Shown piece by piece: positions 10,306-21,077 of a stretch of DNA of 64,000 nucleotides. Below the pieces are notes generated by a model. The model did not search any database and was not told the DNA's origin. It saw only the letters and a program-made list of their open reading frames with translations. Location of the stretch: positions 105,041 to 169,040 of the forward strand of contig JAANOX010000063.1 of NCBI GenBank assembly GCA_020184695.1, written 5' to 3'. The translations under genes and the position numbers were made by a program. The first letter of the stretch is position 1. Every line of letters begins with the position of its first letter. Origin of the DNA: Histomonas meleagridis 2922-C6/04-290x (lineage: Eukaryota; Protista; Parabasalia).

Positions 10306-11577
10306 ATGCAAAGAAGAGAACATGAAATAATAAATAAAAAATTTATTTTACCTCAAAAGCCAAATTCTTCTTCTTCTATAAACCCAATGTACTTAACAAA
10401 AATTAAAGCTCAAAAAGCATATCTTAAGCAATGCAAATCGACTCTTCAAGATTTAAATTCAGATCCATCAAAAAAAGCAATAAAGTTACGTCTAATATGT
10501 GAACGAACAAAATCAATTAAATCTAATTCAAAATTATTTAATGAATTTTGTCAAATTTATCCATATCCATATTTTTTCCAACAAATTTCAGAAGGTGAAA
10601 CACCTGAAATTCGAATTTATTCTTTAAAATCCTTTTCTATTTGCTCAAGTTCCAAATTTTTTCCAGTTCATAGATTTTCAAATATAGAAGTAATCAATTT
10701 TTTTCTCAATCTATTAGTTGCAAATGGGCCTAAATATTCCCCACATATCATTAATATCTTTAGTTCAATTATCTCCAAACGTGTTGATGTTCGACAATAT
10801 ATATTACAAAACAATATTTTTAATTTTCTTAATATATCATTATCAACAGCACGATTTATCGCAGCGTGTTTAATTTCACCACCCAATCTCCCCGAAGAAC
10901 ATACGATTATATGTTCGAATATAATTCTTCAATTATTGCAAACAAATAATTTCGAAATTGTCAATGAAATTCTTCCGATTTTCAGCAAAATTCCAGTCCA
11001 AAACTACAAAGGAATAAGTCCATTTATCATTGAATACATATTTACTGAAACGGTCACATTAAATGATCCAAAAATTGCAAACAAAATATTAAACATTGCG
11101 AAACACGTTAATTTAGATGAGAAGATATATATATTAACAGTTTTAAAACTTATGTTAAAGTTTAATGATATTAAATTACAAAGAAAATGTTTAAAGATAT
11201 TTAACGAAAATTTCGAAAAATTCCAAAAATTTTCTTCGCAAATTTTCGATTTCATTTTTACTTCAATTAATATTCAAAACGTTTCATATCTGATTGGGAA
11301 ACAATGCGCGCAAATTGTTATTAATTACTTTAGGAATATAAATGAATTTAAAATCGATTTCTTGTTTTTGTTGTTACATTACATCGAAGATACACAAATT
11401 GGTCAAAAGTGTTTACGTTGCGTTTGCGAATTACTGTTTTTGCCGTTTCAGGAAAATGTTTTAAACCAAATAAAAAATGTGATTGCGGATTATCAAGACG
11501 AAATTGTAAGGTACCAACTGTCTGACAACAACGAAATATCGGAAATAGCTTCGTTGGTGATGGATAAAATCCAATAA
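10306..11577 (+). CDS. Helical ARM/HEAT-like hypothetical protein
   Basis: 423-aa ORF with ATG; amphipathic helical repeats loosely resembling importin-alpha-like ARM proteins. Confidence 0.65.
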   Translation: MQRREHEIINKKFILPQKPNSSSSINPMYLTKIKAQKAYLKQCKSTLQDLNSDPSKKAIKLRLICERTKSIKSNSKLFNEFCQIYPYPYFFQQISEGETPEIRIYSLKSFSICSSSKFFPVHRFSNIEVINFFLNLLVANGPKYSPHIINIFSSIISKRVDVRQYILQNNIFNFLNISLSTARFIAACLISPPNLPEEHTIICSNIILQLLQTNNFEIVNEILPIFSKIPVQNYKGISPFIIEYIFTETVTLNDPKIANKILNIAKHVNLDEKIYILTVLKLMLKFNDIKLQRKCLKIFNENFEKFQKFSSQIFDFIFTSINIQNVSYLIGKQCAQIVINYFRNINEFKIDFLFLLLHYIEDTQIGQKCLRCVCELLFLPFQENVLNQIKNVIADYQDEIVRYQLSDNNEISEIASLVMDKIQ

Positions 11578-11917
11578 TTTTTGTATAATAAAATAGAAAT
11601 TTGTTATTTTTTGAGAAATTATAACATTTGTTTCTTCATAATAAAATTTAATATTTGCCATAATAAAATGAATTTTAATTACATTAGTTTCAAATATCTA
11701 TTTGCAAAACCAGAGCGAGCCTTTTAGAGTCAAAATATTTGTTCTTCCTCAATTATAACATTATTGAAGCTATACACCCATTGAATCGACTCAGAATAAT
11801 TCAATCAAAATCATTTCGCTAGTTCAAACTAAGGATTTCTGCCCACTTCGAGCTTAAGTTTATCACAAAATATTAAAACAATTTTCACACAAAAAAATTC
11901 TGTGAACAAAAAATCAA

Positions 11918-12334
11918 ATGCTGCTTGTCGTTCTGTTTTTATGTATCAAGAAAATGGTTCCAAAAAGAGCCAAATGCGCCAGTTTCTGCTCACATAAGTT
12001 CAAAACATCCAATGAAACAAAAGCATGCTTTGCTGGATGCCTTCAAGTTGCACCTAAAGTTATAAATAAGAAAATAATATCACCTCCTCTTTTGGATAAT
12101 GACGACAAACTAACTAGGCTTGATGTAGAATATAAATGCTATAATAATTGTTATCAGAATTATGGTTTTTGGTCATATTACTTTACGTGCGCTTATACTT
12201 GTCTGCGTTATGATCAAAAAAAGGGAATTAAAAGCTGCATATGCGGTGATTCTGATAGTTTGAGTAATGTATCATGTCGTGTAGGGTGTCAATTCATGGA
12301 TGACTATTGGAAATTGGAAGGAGGTTGGAAGTAA
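11918..12334 (+). CDS. Small cysteine-rich secreted protein
   Basis: Signal peptide MLLVVLFLCI and repeated CxxxC motifs in 138 aa. Confidence 0.7.
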   Translation: MLLVVLFLCIKKMVPKRAKCASFCSHKFKTSNETKACFAGCLQVAPKVINKKIISPPLLDNDDKLTRLDVEYKCYNNCYQNYGFWSYYFTCAYTCLRYDQKKGIKSCICGDSDSLSNVSCRVGCQFMDDYWKLEGGWK

Positions 12335-12557
12335 AATTCCAAAATTTTCGAAAACATATGTTTTTAAAACAAAATTATTTTGAATAATAATGTTTTGATA
12401 TAGGAGGAATTTTGATTAACGAGTGTATCTCTATAGATATAATCCTTTTTGCATTTCAAAGGCATAAAGATATTTGATTCACATGTGTTTTTTTATTACT
12501 TTTCTCATTTTATTCCTTGCCAACGTAAAAGTGCACTTTTTTATAGGCGGCAAAATT

Positions 12558-15548
12558 ATGATTGATGAAAACCAACTAATGCAAATTGATATCATAATAC
12601 AGAAATACTATAAAGAAGGACAATCTCAAGATATACAACCTATTATTGAAGCTTGGCAAAAAGATGTAAACTATTTCCCAATTGCTCAAAAAGTCATTGA
12701 AAGTACTCAATTCAGTCCATATTTTATACACTTTGCAATAGTTTCATTAGAAAAACTCATAGGAATCCTTTATCCGACATGGAATGTTGAGCATTTTTTA
12801 AATCTATCAAATTGGTGTCTTGAAATGATATATAATCAGATAGACAAATTTTTTTCCAGCGACATAATTCCCACAGCATTTTGTTCCATGTATGCTACTA
12901 TTATAAAATATGGGTGGCATGTATCATCAGATTTTCATCAATTTTTTGAAAATTTAAAGAAGCTTTTCCAGGGCAACATAAAACATTGTACAGCTGCGTT
13001 CATATTATGTGGGTATTTTGTCGAAAAAATGACAGTTATCCATAATCTTGAAACATATCAATTAGATAATTTCAAAGAAACAACAATGTTAGAAAGTTTC
13101 CAATATGCCATTCAAGCCATGAGTCGCATTTACAACACTCCATCTCCTGATTTTTTTTATCTCATGAAAAATACATTAATATTTACCACCTCATGTCTTT
13201 CATTTGAAATATTTTCAACACAACATAAAATGTCCACTGACATCGAAAAACTCTCAATTTCTTTACCTGAAGCATGGCATTGTATTAATTTCATTGATGT
13301 GATCCGACTATGTTTTGAAATCTATAAAATTTGGACCAACGAAGAAATCCAACGTCAAACACTTGAGTTAATATTTCGTATCATATCGATTACCACCAAA
13401 TCTCGGACTACTATGCCCGAAGATCAACTTGTATATTTCGACACTATTATTTGTTGTGTATGTGAAGTTATTGAGTCTCAAATACATTTAAATGAAAATG
13501 ACAAATATACAAATGTACATTTTTTATTAAATATTCTTGTTCGCTTTAATGTTTCCTTAGATTTTGATACCATAAAACAACTTAATTCATTTCCACTTTA
13601 TATTAAATGTCTTCATCAATTATCAACGCAAGTATTAAATGTCGATTTCATAGTACATTCGACAGAATCAATTGTGAACATATTAAAGATTTGGGGGAAA
13701 ATTGTTGATTTTATAATATGTATTGATGAGAATAATGCGTTTCTTAATGATTTCTTGCAATTCATAAGTGAAACATGTCAACAATATTTAAATTTATTAT
13801 TACAACTCATCAATAATGAAAATAATGAATTTGCTTATGAATTATTATTCTCCGATTTTTCACATTTTAATCCATTAATACAAGAGTTTACTCATGTTGG
13901 AAGAATACTTAAGAACAAATTTTATGATTATATCTTTGAACTATTTAATCAATTTTTATCGAATTTCGTAACAACACCGACAATTAAAATATATGAAATG
14001 AATTTAAGTTTATTATCATTAATAGTTGCATCACCGATTTGTATTAAGTTACAAATCGAAGAAGTTCAATCTTTTTGTTGTATGTTATTATTTAATTTGT
14101 TTAAGTCCACGAAAGATATAAACATATCTGGCGTTAATTGTGAGTTAATAGAACGAGTTGTAATATATTTAATTGATCAATTACAAAAGTCTTCATTAAT
14201 TCACATATCGATAGTTAACTCGACAATTCCTAAAGAAATCGAACTAAACACAGAGTTCAAAACTATTGATGATGTTCTTATAATGTTATACGAACGACTT
14301 TTAGTCACAATCAAAATCTTTCCGAATAATAGTCAATTAATATCATCTGCGATATCAACAATATATTATTCAATTAATAACCAACAAAAGAATTCCTTTT
14401 ATTCCAATCTAACACGGCAATTTTTAACACAAGAGTTATTGGATATAAATAATATTCAACAATTAACATTTTTGGCAAACCCTTCAAATAAATATAGTCG
14501 CTTAATGTTCTTTAAAATCATTTTCCAATTAATAATTCAAGATGAAACGCCATTACGTTTTAAGTATGTCTTCGATGAAATCGATCAACGAATCGTTAAA
14601 TTTATGAACATGCCTGATCAAGTCCAAGGATATTTGATATTACTTGATATTCGAGGCTTGTTTATGGGCGCAACGACTTCTTTTCATTATCAGTTTCTAA
14701 TGGAATGGATTTTCCCTAAATTAAATGTTCTTGAAGGGATTGTCTTAAATTTTAACAACTTAATTCATTCATATTTAAAACTTTTGATCGAAATCTCTTC
14801 GAATACTGAATCGAGAATTAGATATGAACCACATTCTGCAAAAGGATTAAAATTGTTTAAAACAATTGCTGAATCTTTATTAAAATTAATACCAACTTTA
14901 CCTGAAACTATTCATAGCTCTTTTAAAGATATTACTTATGTCATGCAATTAATGGAATTAATGTTAATGAATAACGATTCTTATATAGGCGCATTGGAAG
15001 TTTACGACGACCCAATTTTGAAAAATTTATTTGCGGTTTTTTTACAGTACACAAACAAAGTGAACTTCCTCGAGCTGTCACATTATCAAAAAGCAACTTC
15101 GGTTTTATTGAATTTTTTGAATTGTTTATACGAAAGGTTCATTGAATACGTTGTACAAATTGATATAAATTTCATAAATACTTCTTTGATAATATGCTCT
15201 CTAGCTGACCCTGAAGCTAGAACTGTTGACGTGGATAAGGCTTTTAATGTTATTTTTTATATAACTGAGTTTTATATAAGAAATGAAAATAATGATTTAG
15301 GGAAAGCTTTGTTGAGTTGTACGCATGAAACTTATGATAAGGTATTAATAATGTTGGAGAAAATGATTTATAAGTTTGTGGGCTTAAACCCATCAAGCAT
15401 TAGAGTAGCAAGTCTGATGAAAAGTATTCTAAGAATGAGACCGAATTCTTGGAATGAAGTAAAACTCAGATTGGCTCTGTTCTTACAAAATTGTAAAAAT
15501 CCAGAATTAGAAAAAAAAATCAAACAATTACTTTCAATTCAATATTAA
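12558..15548 (+). CDS. Exportin-7 (RanBP16/17)-like karyopherin
   Basis: RIRYEPHSAKGLKLFKTIAESL and SYIGALEVYDDPILKNLF resemble conserved XPO7 segments; ATG taken at 12558. Confidence 0.7.
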   Translation: MIDENQLMQIDIIIQKYYKEGQSQDIQPIIEAWQKDVNYFPIAQKVIESTQFSPYFIHFAIVSLEKLIGILYPTWNVEHFLNLSNWCLEMIYNQIDKFFSSDIIPTAFCSMYATIIKYGWHVSSDFHQFFENLKKLFQGNIKHCTAAFILCGYFVEKMTVIHNLETYQLDNFKETTMLESFQYAIQAMSRIYNTPSPDFFYLMKNTLIFTTSCLSFEIFSTQHKMSTDIEKLSISLPEAWHCINFIDVIRLCFEIYKIWTNEEIQRQTLELIFRIISITTKSRTTMPEDQLVYFDTIICCVCEVIESQIHLNENDKYTNVHFLLNILVRFNVSLDFDTIKQLNSFPLYIKCLHQLSTQVLNVDFIVHSTESIVNILKIWGKIVDFIICIDENNAFLNDFLQFISETCQQYLNLLLQLINNENNEFAYELLFSDFSHFNPLIQEFTHVGRILKNKFYDYIFELFNQFLSNFVTTPTIKIYEMNLSLLSLIVASPICIKLQIEEVQSFCCMLLFNLFKSTKDINISGVNCELIERVVIYLIDQLQKSSLIHISIVNSTIPKEIELNTEFKTIDDVLIMLYERLLVTIKIFPNNSQLISSAISTIYYSINNQQKNSFYSNLTRQFLTQELLDINNIQQLTFLANPSNKYSRLMFFKIIFQLIIQDETPLRFKYVFDEIDQRIVKFMNMPDQVQGYLILLDIRGLFMGATTSFHYQFLMEWIFPKLNVLEGIVLNFNNLIHSYLKLLIEISSNTESRIRYEPHSAKGLKLFKTIAESLLKLIPTLPETIHSSFKDITYVMQLMELMLMNNDSYIGALEVYDDPILKNLFAVFLQYTNKVNFLELSHYQKATSVLLNFLNCLYERFIEYVVQIDINFINTSLIICSLADPEARTVDVDKAFNVIFYITEFYIRNENNDLGKALLSCTHETYDKVLIMLEKMIYKFVGLNPSSIRVASLMKSILRMRPNSWNEVKLRLALFLQNCKNPELEKKIKQLLSIQY

Positions 15549-15789
15549 TAAACTGTTTATTTATTCATTTTTCATTAAGTTTGTATAAGATGCAAGTATG
15601 ATTTAAGTAAATACTGATGTTCCAACATCAGAAAGCTATCAGTACTGTTAATGATACAGACAAACCAAATGATCACAAATTAAATCGTAAATATAACATG
15701 TACGATTTTATTATTAGCATTTTTTTAAGCTTTGATATTTTTTTTTACAAAGCAATAAAAATCGCTTTGGCCATTCTGCCTAATTTTAG

Positions 15790-16015
15790 ATAAAACACAG
15801 AAATTCTAAGCATTGATATCAAATTACCCCATTCTTGTTCAAGAAACAATGCAACTATTTTTGTTACTTTTGGAAAATAAACATTAAACAAAATAAACAA
15901 AAATCTTTAGCATTAATATCAATTCCTTTTTGTTCAAGAAGTATTTTAAATATTTCAATAAGACCATTATAGAAAGAACGAATGTGCTGTATCATATTAT
16001 TTTCATAATAATTTC
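15790..16015 (-). pseudogene. Degenerate relic of the spacer-interrupted ankyrin repeat family
   Basis: Minus strand reads GGAAATTATT...GAT ACA GCA...(frameshift) NGLIEIFKILLEQKGIDINAKDF, then a truncated spacer and a second broken unit. Confidence 0.7.
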
Positions 16016-16064
16016 CTAACCGTAAAAGTGACATCTTCTTTCATTACTTTAACTTTTGCTCAAA

Positions 16065-17990
16065 ATGATTTCTTCAGCAAGCAATGCTGATAATCTCCAT
16101 ACAAACAAAGAATATCTCATAACGTTAATGCGTTTAGAGCAAATTATCTTAAATTTAGACAATAATAATGTTCAAGAAACGGTTCAATCAGTAATTAATT
16201 TGTTTGATAATAAGTATTCATATTCATATAAATATATTGTTTGTAGACTTGTTTATTCATCTTTTGTTTCAAGACGAAAAGATTCTAACATTTGTTTTGA
16301 TTTTCTTAAGTTAATTAATCAAAAATATGAAAACTCAAACAAAAATGAAATATTTAATTTATTTAGTAAATCTATTTTTAGTAAAAATACTCAAGAATCA
16401 TATTATCTTTTAGCACAAATGGCTGAAAACAATTTGATTGATCCCGAAATCATTAAATATAAATTATTACATTTTGCACATTACATGGAAGAAGACCGGA
16501 ATCGATATCAATATTATAATTTTCATAATGAATTTATTCAAAATTATGACGAACTTTCGAAAGACGATTGGAAACTTCATAAAAAATTATTAAAAGAAGG
16601 AGTTAATCCAAATACACTTTTAAAAATAATTCGAAATGATGAAATTGAAAAACTTCAAGAAATATCATCACAACCAAATTTTGATTTTAATCAAAGAATT
16701 GAACCATCGCTCTATGAAAGATGTTCACTTATTAACAACAATTATGTTACATTAATTGATTATGCAGCATTTTTTTCTGCGATTAAATGTTTTAAATTTT
16801 TACTTATGAATGGTTCTGTTTTAGTTACCAAAACAAGTTTATATGCAATTGCAGGTGGAAACATTGAAATTATTCATTTATGTGAACAAAATCATTTACC
16901 ATTTAGAAACGCATATAAAATAGCAATTGAATATCATCAAAATGATATCTTTAAATATCTATATGAAAATTCATATATTGAATCAAAAGAATTAAATGAT
17001 TCAGTAGAAAAATGTGTTTTATATGATTCATATGAAATTTTATCATATTTAGAAGAAAAAGAAGTGAAAATATTTGACTCTATTATATATACAACAGCTG
17101 AAAATGGTAATTTATTACTTATAAAACATTTTCTTAAAACAAATCAATATCCGAAAAATATTTTAATTGCAACAACATATTCAGGAAATATTGAACTTGT
17201 TAAATATTTTATAAGTAAAAAAGGATTTGATGTTAATGCATGTAATAATTTATATTTTGATATTTTTATGTTTTATAATAATATATGGAATTTTTTCAAA
17301 GTATTTCAAACAGCACTTATGATTGCATCTTTAAATGGAAAGGTTCAGGCTGTTAAATTACTTCTTGAACAAGAAGGAATCGATGTAAATATAAAGGCTA
17401 TTTATTTATATTAGTTAAAGATTAATCTTTGTATTCTTTATTTCAAAATAATATTTGGATTTCTTTTTTGTTATTTGAAACTGCTTTAATTTATGCATCT
17501 GAAAACGGACATACAGATATTGTGAAATTACTTCTTCAACAAAAAGATATTGATGTAAATTCTAAAGGAATTTCATTGGTTTAATTAGAGTTTATTTTTT
17601 AAATTTGCTGTTTATAAATAATTTTTGGAATTTATTTATATGACATTGGACTGCTCTTATTATTGCAGCAGAAAATAATCATATCGATATCGTTAAATTA
17701 CTTCTCGAAAAAAAAGGTATAGATATTAATGCTAAAAATGTTTATATGTTCAACTTTGGATTTGTTATATTAATTTTATATCCGAAAATAATATTTGGAA
17801 ATTATAAAAATTATTTCAAACAGCACTTTATTATGCAACAAAAGAAGGTCACACAGAAATAGTTAATTTACTTCTTGAACAAAAAGGAATCGAAATTAAT
17901 GATAAAAATATCAATTTGTTTTATTTGAAATTTATATAAATAATTTAAAGTTTAAAAATAACATTTAAAAATTATTTCTAATATTTTAGT
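16065..17990 (+). CDS. DUF3447/ankyrin-repeat gene with spacer-interrupted C-terminal repeats
   Basis: DUF3447-type TLIDYAAFFSAIKCFKFLLMNG...AIAGGNIEIIHLCE. Open 90-nt ankyrin blocks at 17310-17399, 17480-17569, 17650-17739 and 17820-17909. Spacers are 63, 80, 80 and 80 nt, plus a terminal one. The ORF track stops at 17414 only because of a spacer. Confidence 0.85.
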
Positions 17991-18225
17991 ATCCAAGAAA
18001 TGTTTATAACAAAATCCATATTTTAATTCAAGAAATAATAATTACAAACAAATTTATTTCAAGTAAAATACAATCAATAGATTTGACTTTTTTAAACAAC
18101 ATTCAATTAAGTTCTTTATTTTGTATTCAAATTCAAGAAAATATTGTATAATTTAACATTTCTTTTATAATCAAAAACAACAAATTTAGAATATTTTATT
18201 TATACAAACACAAACAAAAACAATA

Positions 18226-20010
18226 TCAAAATCGCTTTCCATTAACTTCAACTTCGAGCTTTTCTGTAAACCTTGCAAAAGTCGGATTTTGTTCTTCAAT
18301 AAAAAAATTTGTTAATATTTCTCCATTCGAACATTTCGTTATTGGAACTTCATACTTATCTGAGATCTCTTGAATTTCCTCATCATGATTTAGGTCATCA
18401 AGTATAACTGCAATTCCATCAAAATCACGAATAAAAACTATAAACTTAAAAGCTCCGATTGATGAACGTTGCAACCTATGAGGAAATGAAAGAGGTGGTA
18501 ACAATAAAATTGGGTATAAAATTCTTCTCATTATATCAACTGTTGAATTCATCAAATTGAGTACAGTAGCCACTTTTTCAATAGCCGTGGCAGAACTTTT
18601 GTACATGTCTGAAATTTGAATGGAATACATAAAAAGTGGAACATCTCGGAAAAGTGGTAAAATCGACCGTTTGTAATAACCGTCGGATGACCACGCTGAA
18701 ACGAGTTGAATGCATCTTTCTCGATGCTCTCTATAAGATTCTTCATAACTAATATAATACGAATCAACAGCACACTGTCTAGCCAAATAACAACCATATA
18801 AAACACCATCAAAGCTCTCAACATTAGATGTTGATCTTGCTTCAAATCCTAAAACTCGAAGTATTTTCTTGCCGTCAGACCTTATTCCAGTTACAACGAT
18901 CTGAAACACGAGTGATTGTGAATTACTTGGTCTAGTCATTTTTGCATCAACAAATATCGAAGATTGACCATCAAGCATAGTCAACAATGTCTCAGGGCCC
19001 GTTATATTTCTTCTAGAGCTCAACTGCAGAACCTCAAAGCAGTTAGGAGTCAAAACTTTTACTCTTGCTCCAAACAGTGAATCAGATTTAAGGAATTGAT
19101 ACAACTCTGGCGCAACAAGATCATTTGATCCAAGCTCAAAAAGATGAACCCTATCACAGTACTTTGCAAAGCTACTACAGTCTGCGTTTTTCGAAGTAAA
19201 CAAATGTATGGAAACTCTTTTTGATGCAAGAACTTCTTTTAAAGACGCGTCGAGCTCGAACGGGCTCTGTAAATCCATCGAGAATGCGCAGAGACATATG
19301 TGCGCGTGCTTGAGATTCTTTAGAAGTGCAGAAAGATGGTTGAAAAAGTCCGAACCGGTTATTGTAGATTTATCTGATGAATTCATTGATGCAAAGGAAG
19401 GTAAAAAATGCGCTTCTTTTGAGTTGCATATGATTAGAGGTGGGTAGTTGATGTCAAAATATGTGAAAGAGCGAGGTTTTTGTAAATCATAGTATGTGAT
19501 TTTTGGTCCAATTTTAATAAGTGATACATCAGCGTCAACAGAATGTGACCAATCATCAAGTAAGCTCCCAAGTATAGTTTTACTGGTTTCATTGATGAAA
19601 AAAAATTGATTATGAAAAATAAATAAATATAAAGGCTTTTCATTTTGACTGAGAATTATGTCATATATTTCGCTTTGTGGTAAAAACGTTTGTGGTTTGA
19701 TTGCATTTTTAGTTTTACAAACACCACATTCCCAATGATTTGCTGAAAAGTCACAAAAATGAGAAGGAAATGCATGACATTTAATACACCTTGGAACTTT
19801 GGAATTTTTGTTAGGACTTTCTAATGGTGGCTTTGCTTTTATTGGTGAAACTTCAAAAACATATGTAATTTTATTTTTGTTCAAAAAGCTTGGTGTAGAT
19901 GGAAACAATTTAAAGCAATTTCGTATCCAATGTTTGTTACATTTTGCTTGAGAAAATAAATCTGAAGACATGGTTGGCTGCATTGATTGTGCCAGTCCAG
20001 TCTCATTCAT
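18226..20010 (-). CDS. Sec23/Sec24-family COPII coat protein (Sec24-like)
   Basis: Zinc finger PRCIKCHAFPSHFCDF...WECGVCKTKN, followed by trunk, beta-sandwich and helical segments ending RRILYP. Confidence 0.85.
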   Translation of the reverse strand: MNETGLAQSMQPTMSSDLFSQAKCNKHWIRNCFKLFPSTPSFLNKNKITYVFEVSPIKAKPPLESPNKNSKVPRCIKCHAFPSHFCDFSANHWECGVCKTKNAIKPQTFLPQSEIYDIILSQNEKPLYLFIFHNQFFFINETSKTILGSLLDDWSHSVDADVSLIKIGPKITYYDLQKPRSFTYFDINYPPLIICNSKEAHFLPSFASMNSSDKSTITGSDFFNHLSALLKNLKHAHICLCAFSMDLQSPFELDASLKEVLASKRVSIHLFTSKNADCSSFAKYCDRVHLFELGSNDLVAPELYQFLKSDSLFGARVKVLTPNCFEVLQLSSRRNITGPETLLTMLDGQSSIFVDAKMTRPSNSQSLVFQIVVTGIRSDGKKILRVLGFEARSTSNVESFDGVLYGCYLARQCAVDSYYISYEESYREHRERCIQLVSAWSSDGYYKRSILPLFRDVPLFMYSIQISDMYKSSATAIEKVATVLNLMNSTVDIMRRILYPILLLPPLSFPHRLQRSSIGAFKFIVFIRDFDGIAVILDDLNHDEEIQEISDKYEVPITKCSNGEILTNFFIEEQNPTFARFTEKLEVEVNGKRF

Positions 20011-21077
20011 ACGAAATGTGATATGAAAAAATATGGATTGGATGATGAAAAACAAATATTAAACATTATGATATTTTATTATACCACACAGGGTTTGACT
20101 TACATCTCTGACACCTATTAAAATATAAAAAAAATTGAGATTTTAAAATATCACATGGGAATTATCAAATATATTTTAGAACAATTATAAAATACTCTAT
20201 GATAATTAGTTAAATCAGTTCTTAAAAAGTCCTATTAAAAAAAATATAATTAAAAAATCAATACACTGATTAATACTTCAAAATTTCTTTATTGTTCCGA
20301 AGTCAGATAACCTTGTTTCCAAAGCACATGCATTATTACATACTTGAATAAGATCTACTATTTAGAAATTAAATTTTAATTTCATAAAACAAAAATATAT
20401 TTTTTTATATACACTAATTAAAAATAAAACATAAAATACATGTGTTATGTATTGTTGCTACGGGAAGCAAGCAATAAAAACATTTGAATAAATGACTTTT
20501 CATTTTTTTTTTTTTTGTTTTTTGTTTTTAAAAACCAATTCAATTCAATGAATCATTCGAAATAAAAGTAATTTTATTCCTTATTTTCAAGATTTCTTGA
20601 TGATTATCACCAGTTTAATATTATTGGGAAAATGATTTTTATAACAAATTTTTATTCAAAAGGGGTTAGGAAATCATGATATTAATATCGTTCTTTTTCT
20701 TGAGGTTCTTGTTTCTAAAGAAATTCATGTGATTGGAAATACGATTGTTAAAATTTTTACCAAATTAGTGGGGGAAAGGTTAAAGAAGTAGAATTGCTCA
20801 GGTATAAACTTGCTTCATGAATTGGATACATTTCTGGAGTGATTTTCGATTTCTATAATTGTTTACTACAAAATCGGTAGATTTATCGAAAATTTTTATG
20901 CATAATATGAGTAGCGTAATCAACGTCTCAACAAGAATTACATTAGAAATTCTTCACAGTGGAAAGTTGAGGGTACCAAACATCATTATTTACACCCAAT
21001 TTGAAAAGTGACACGAATTCAATACATATCGTTCAGTACAAATCCTGAGCAAATCCCTGTTAAAAGCACCAAAAAAA

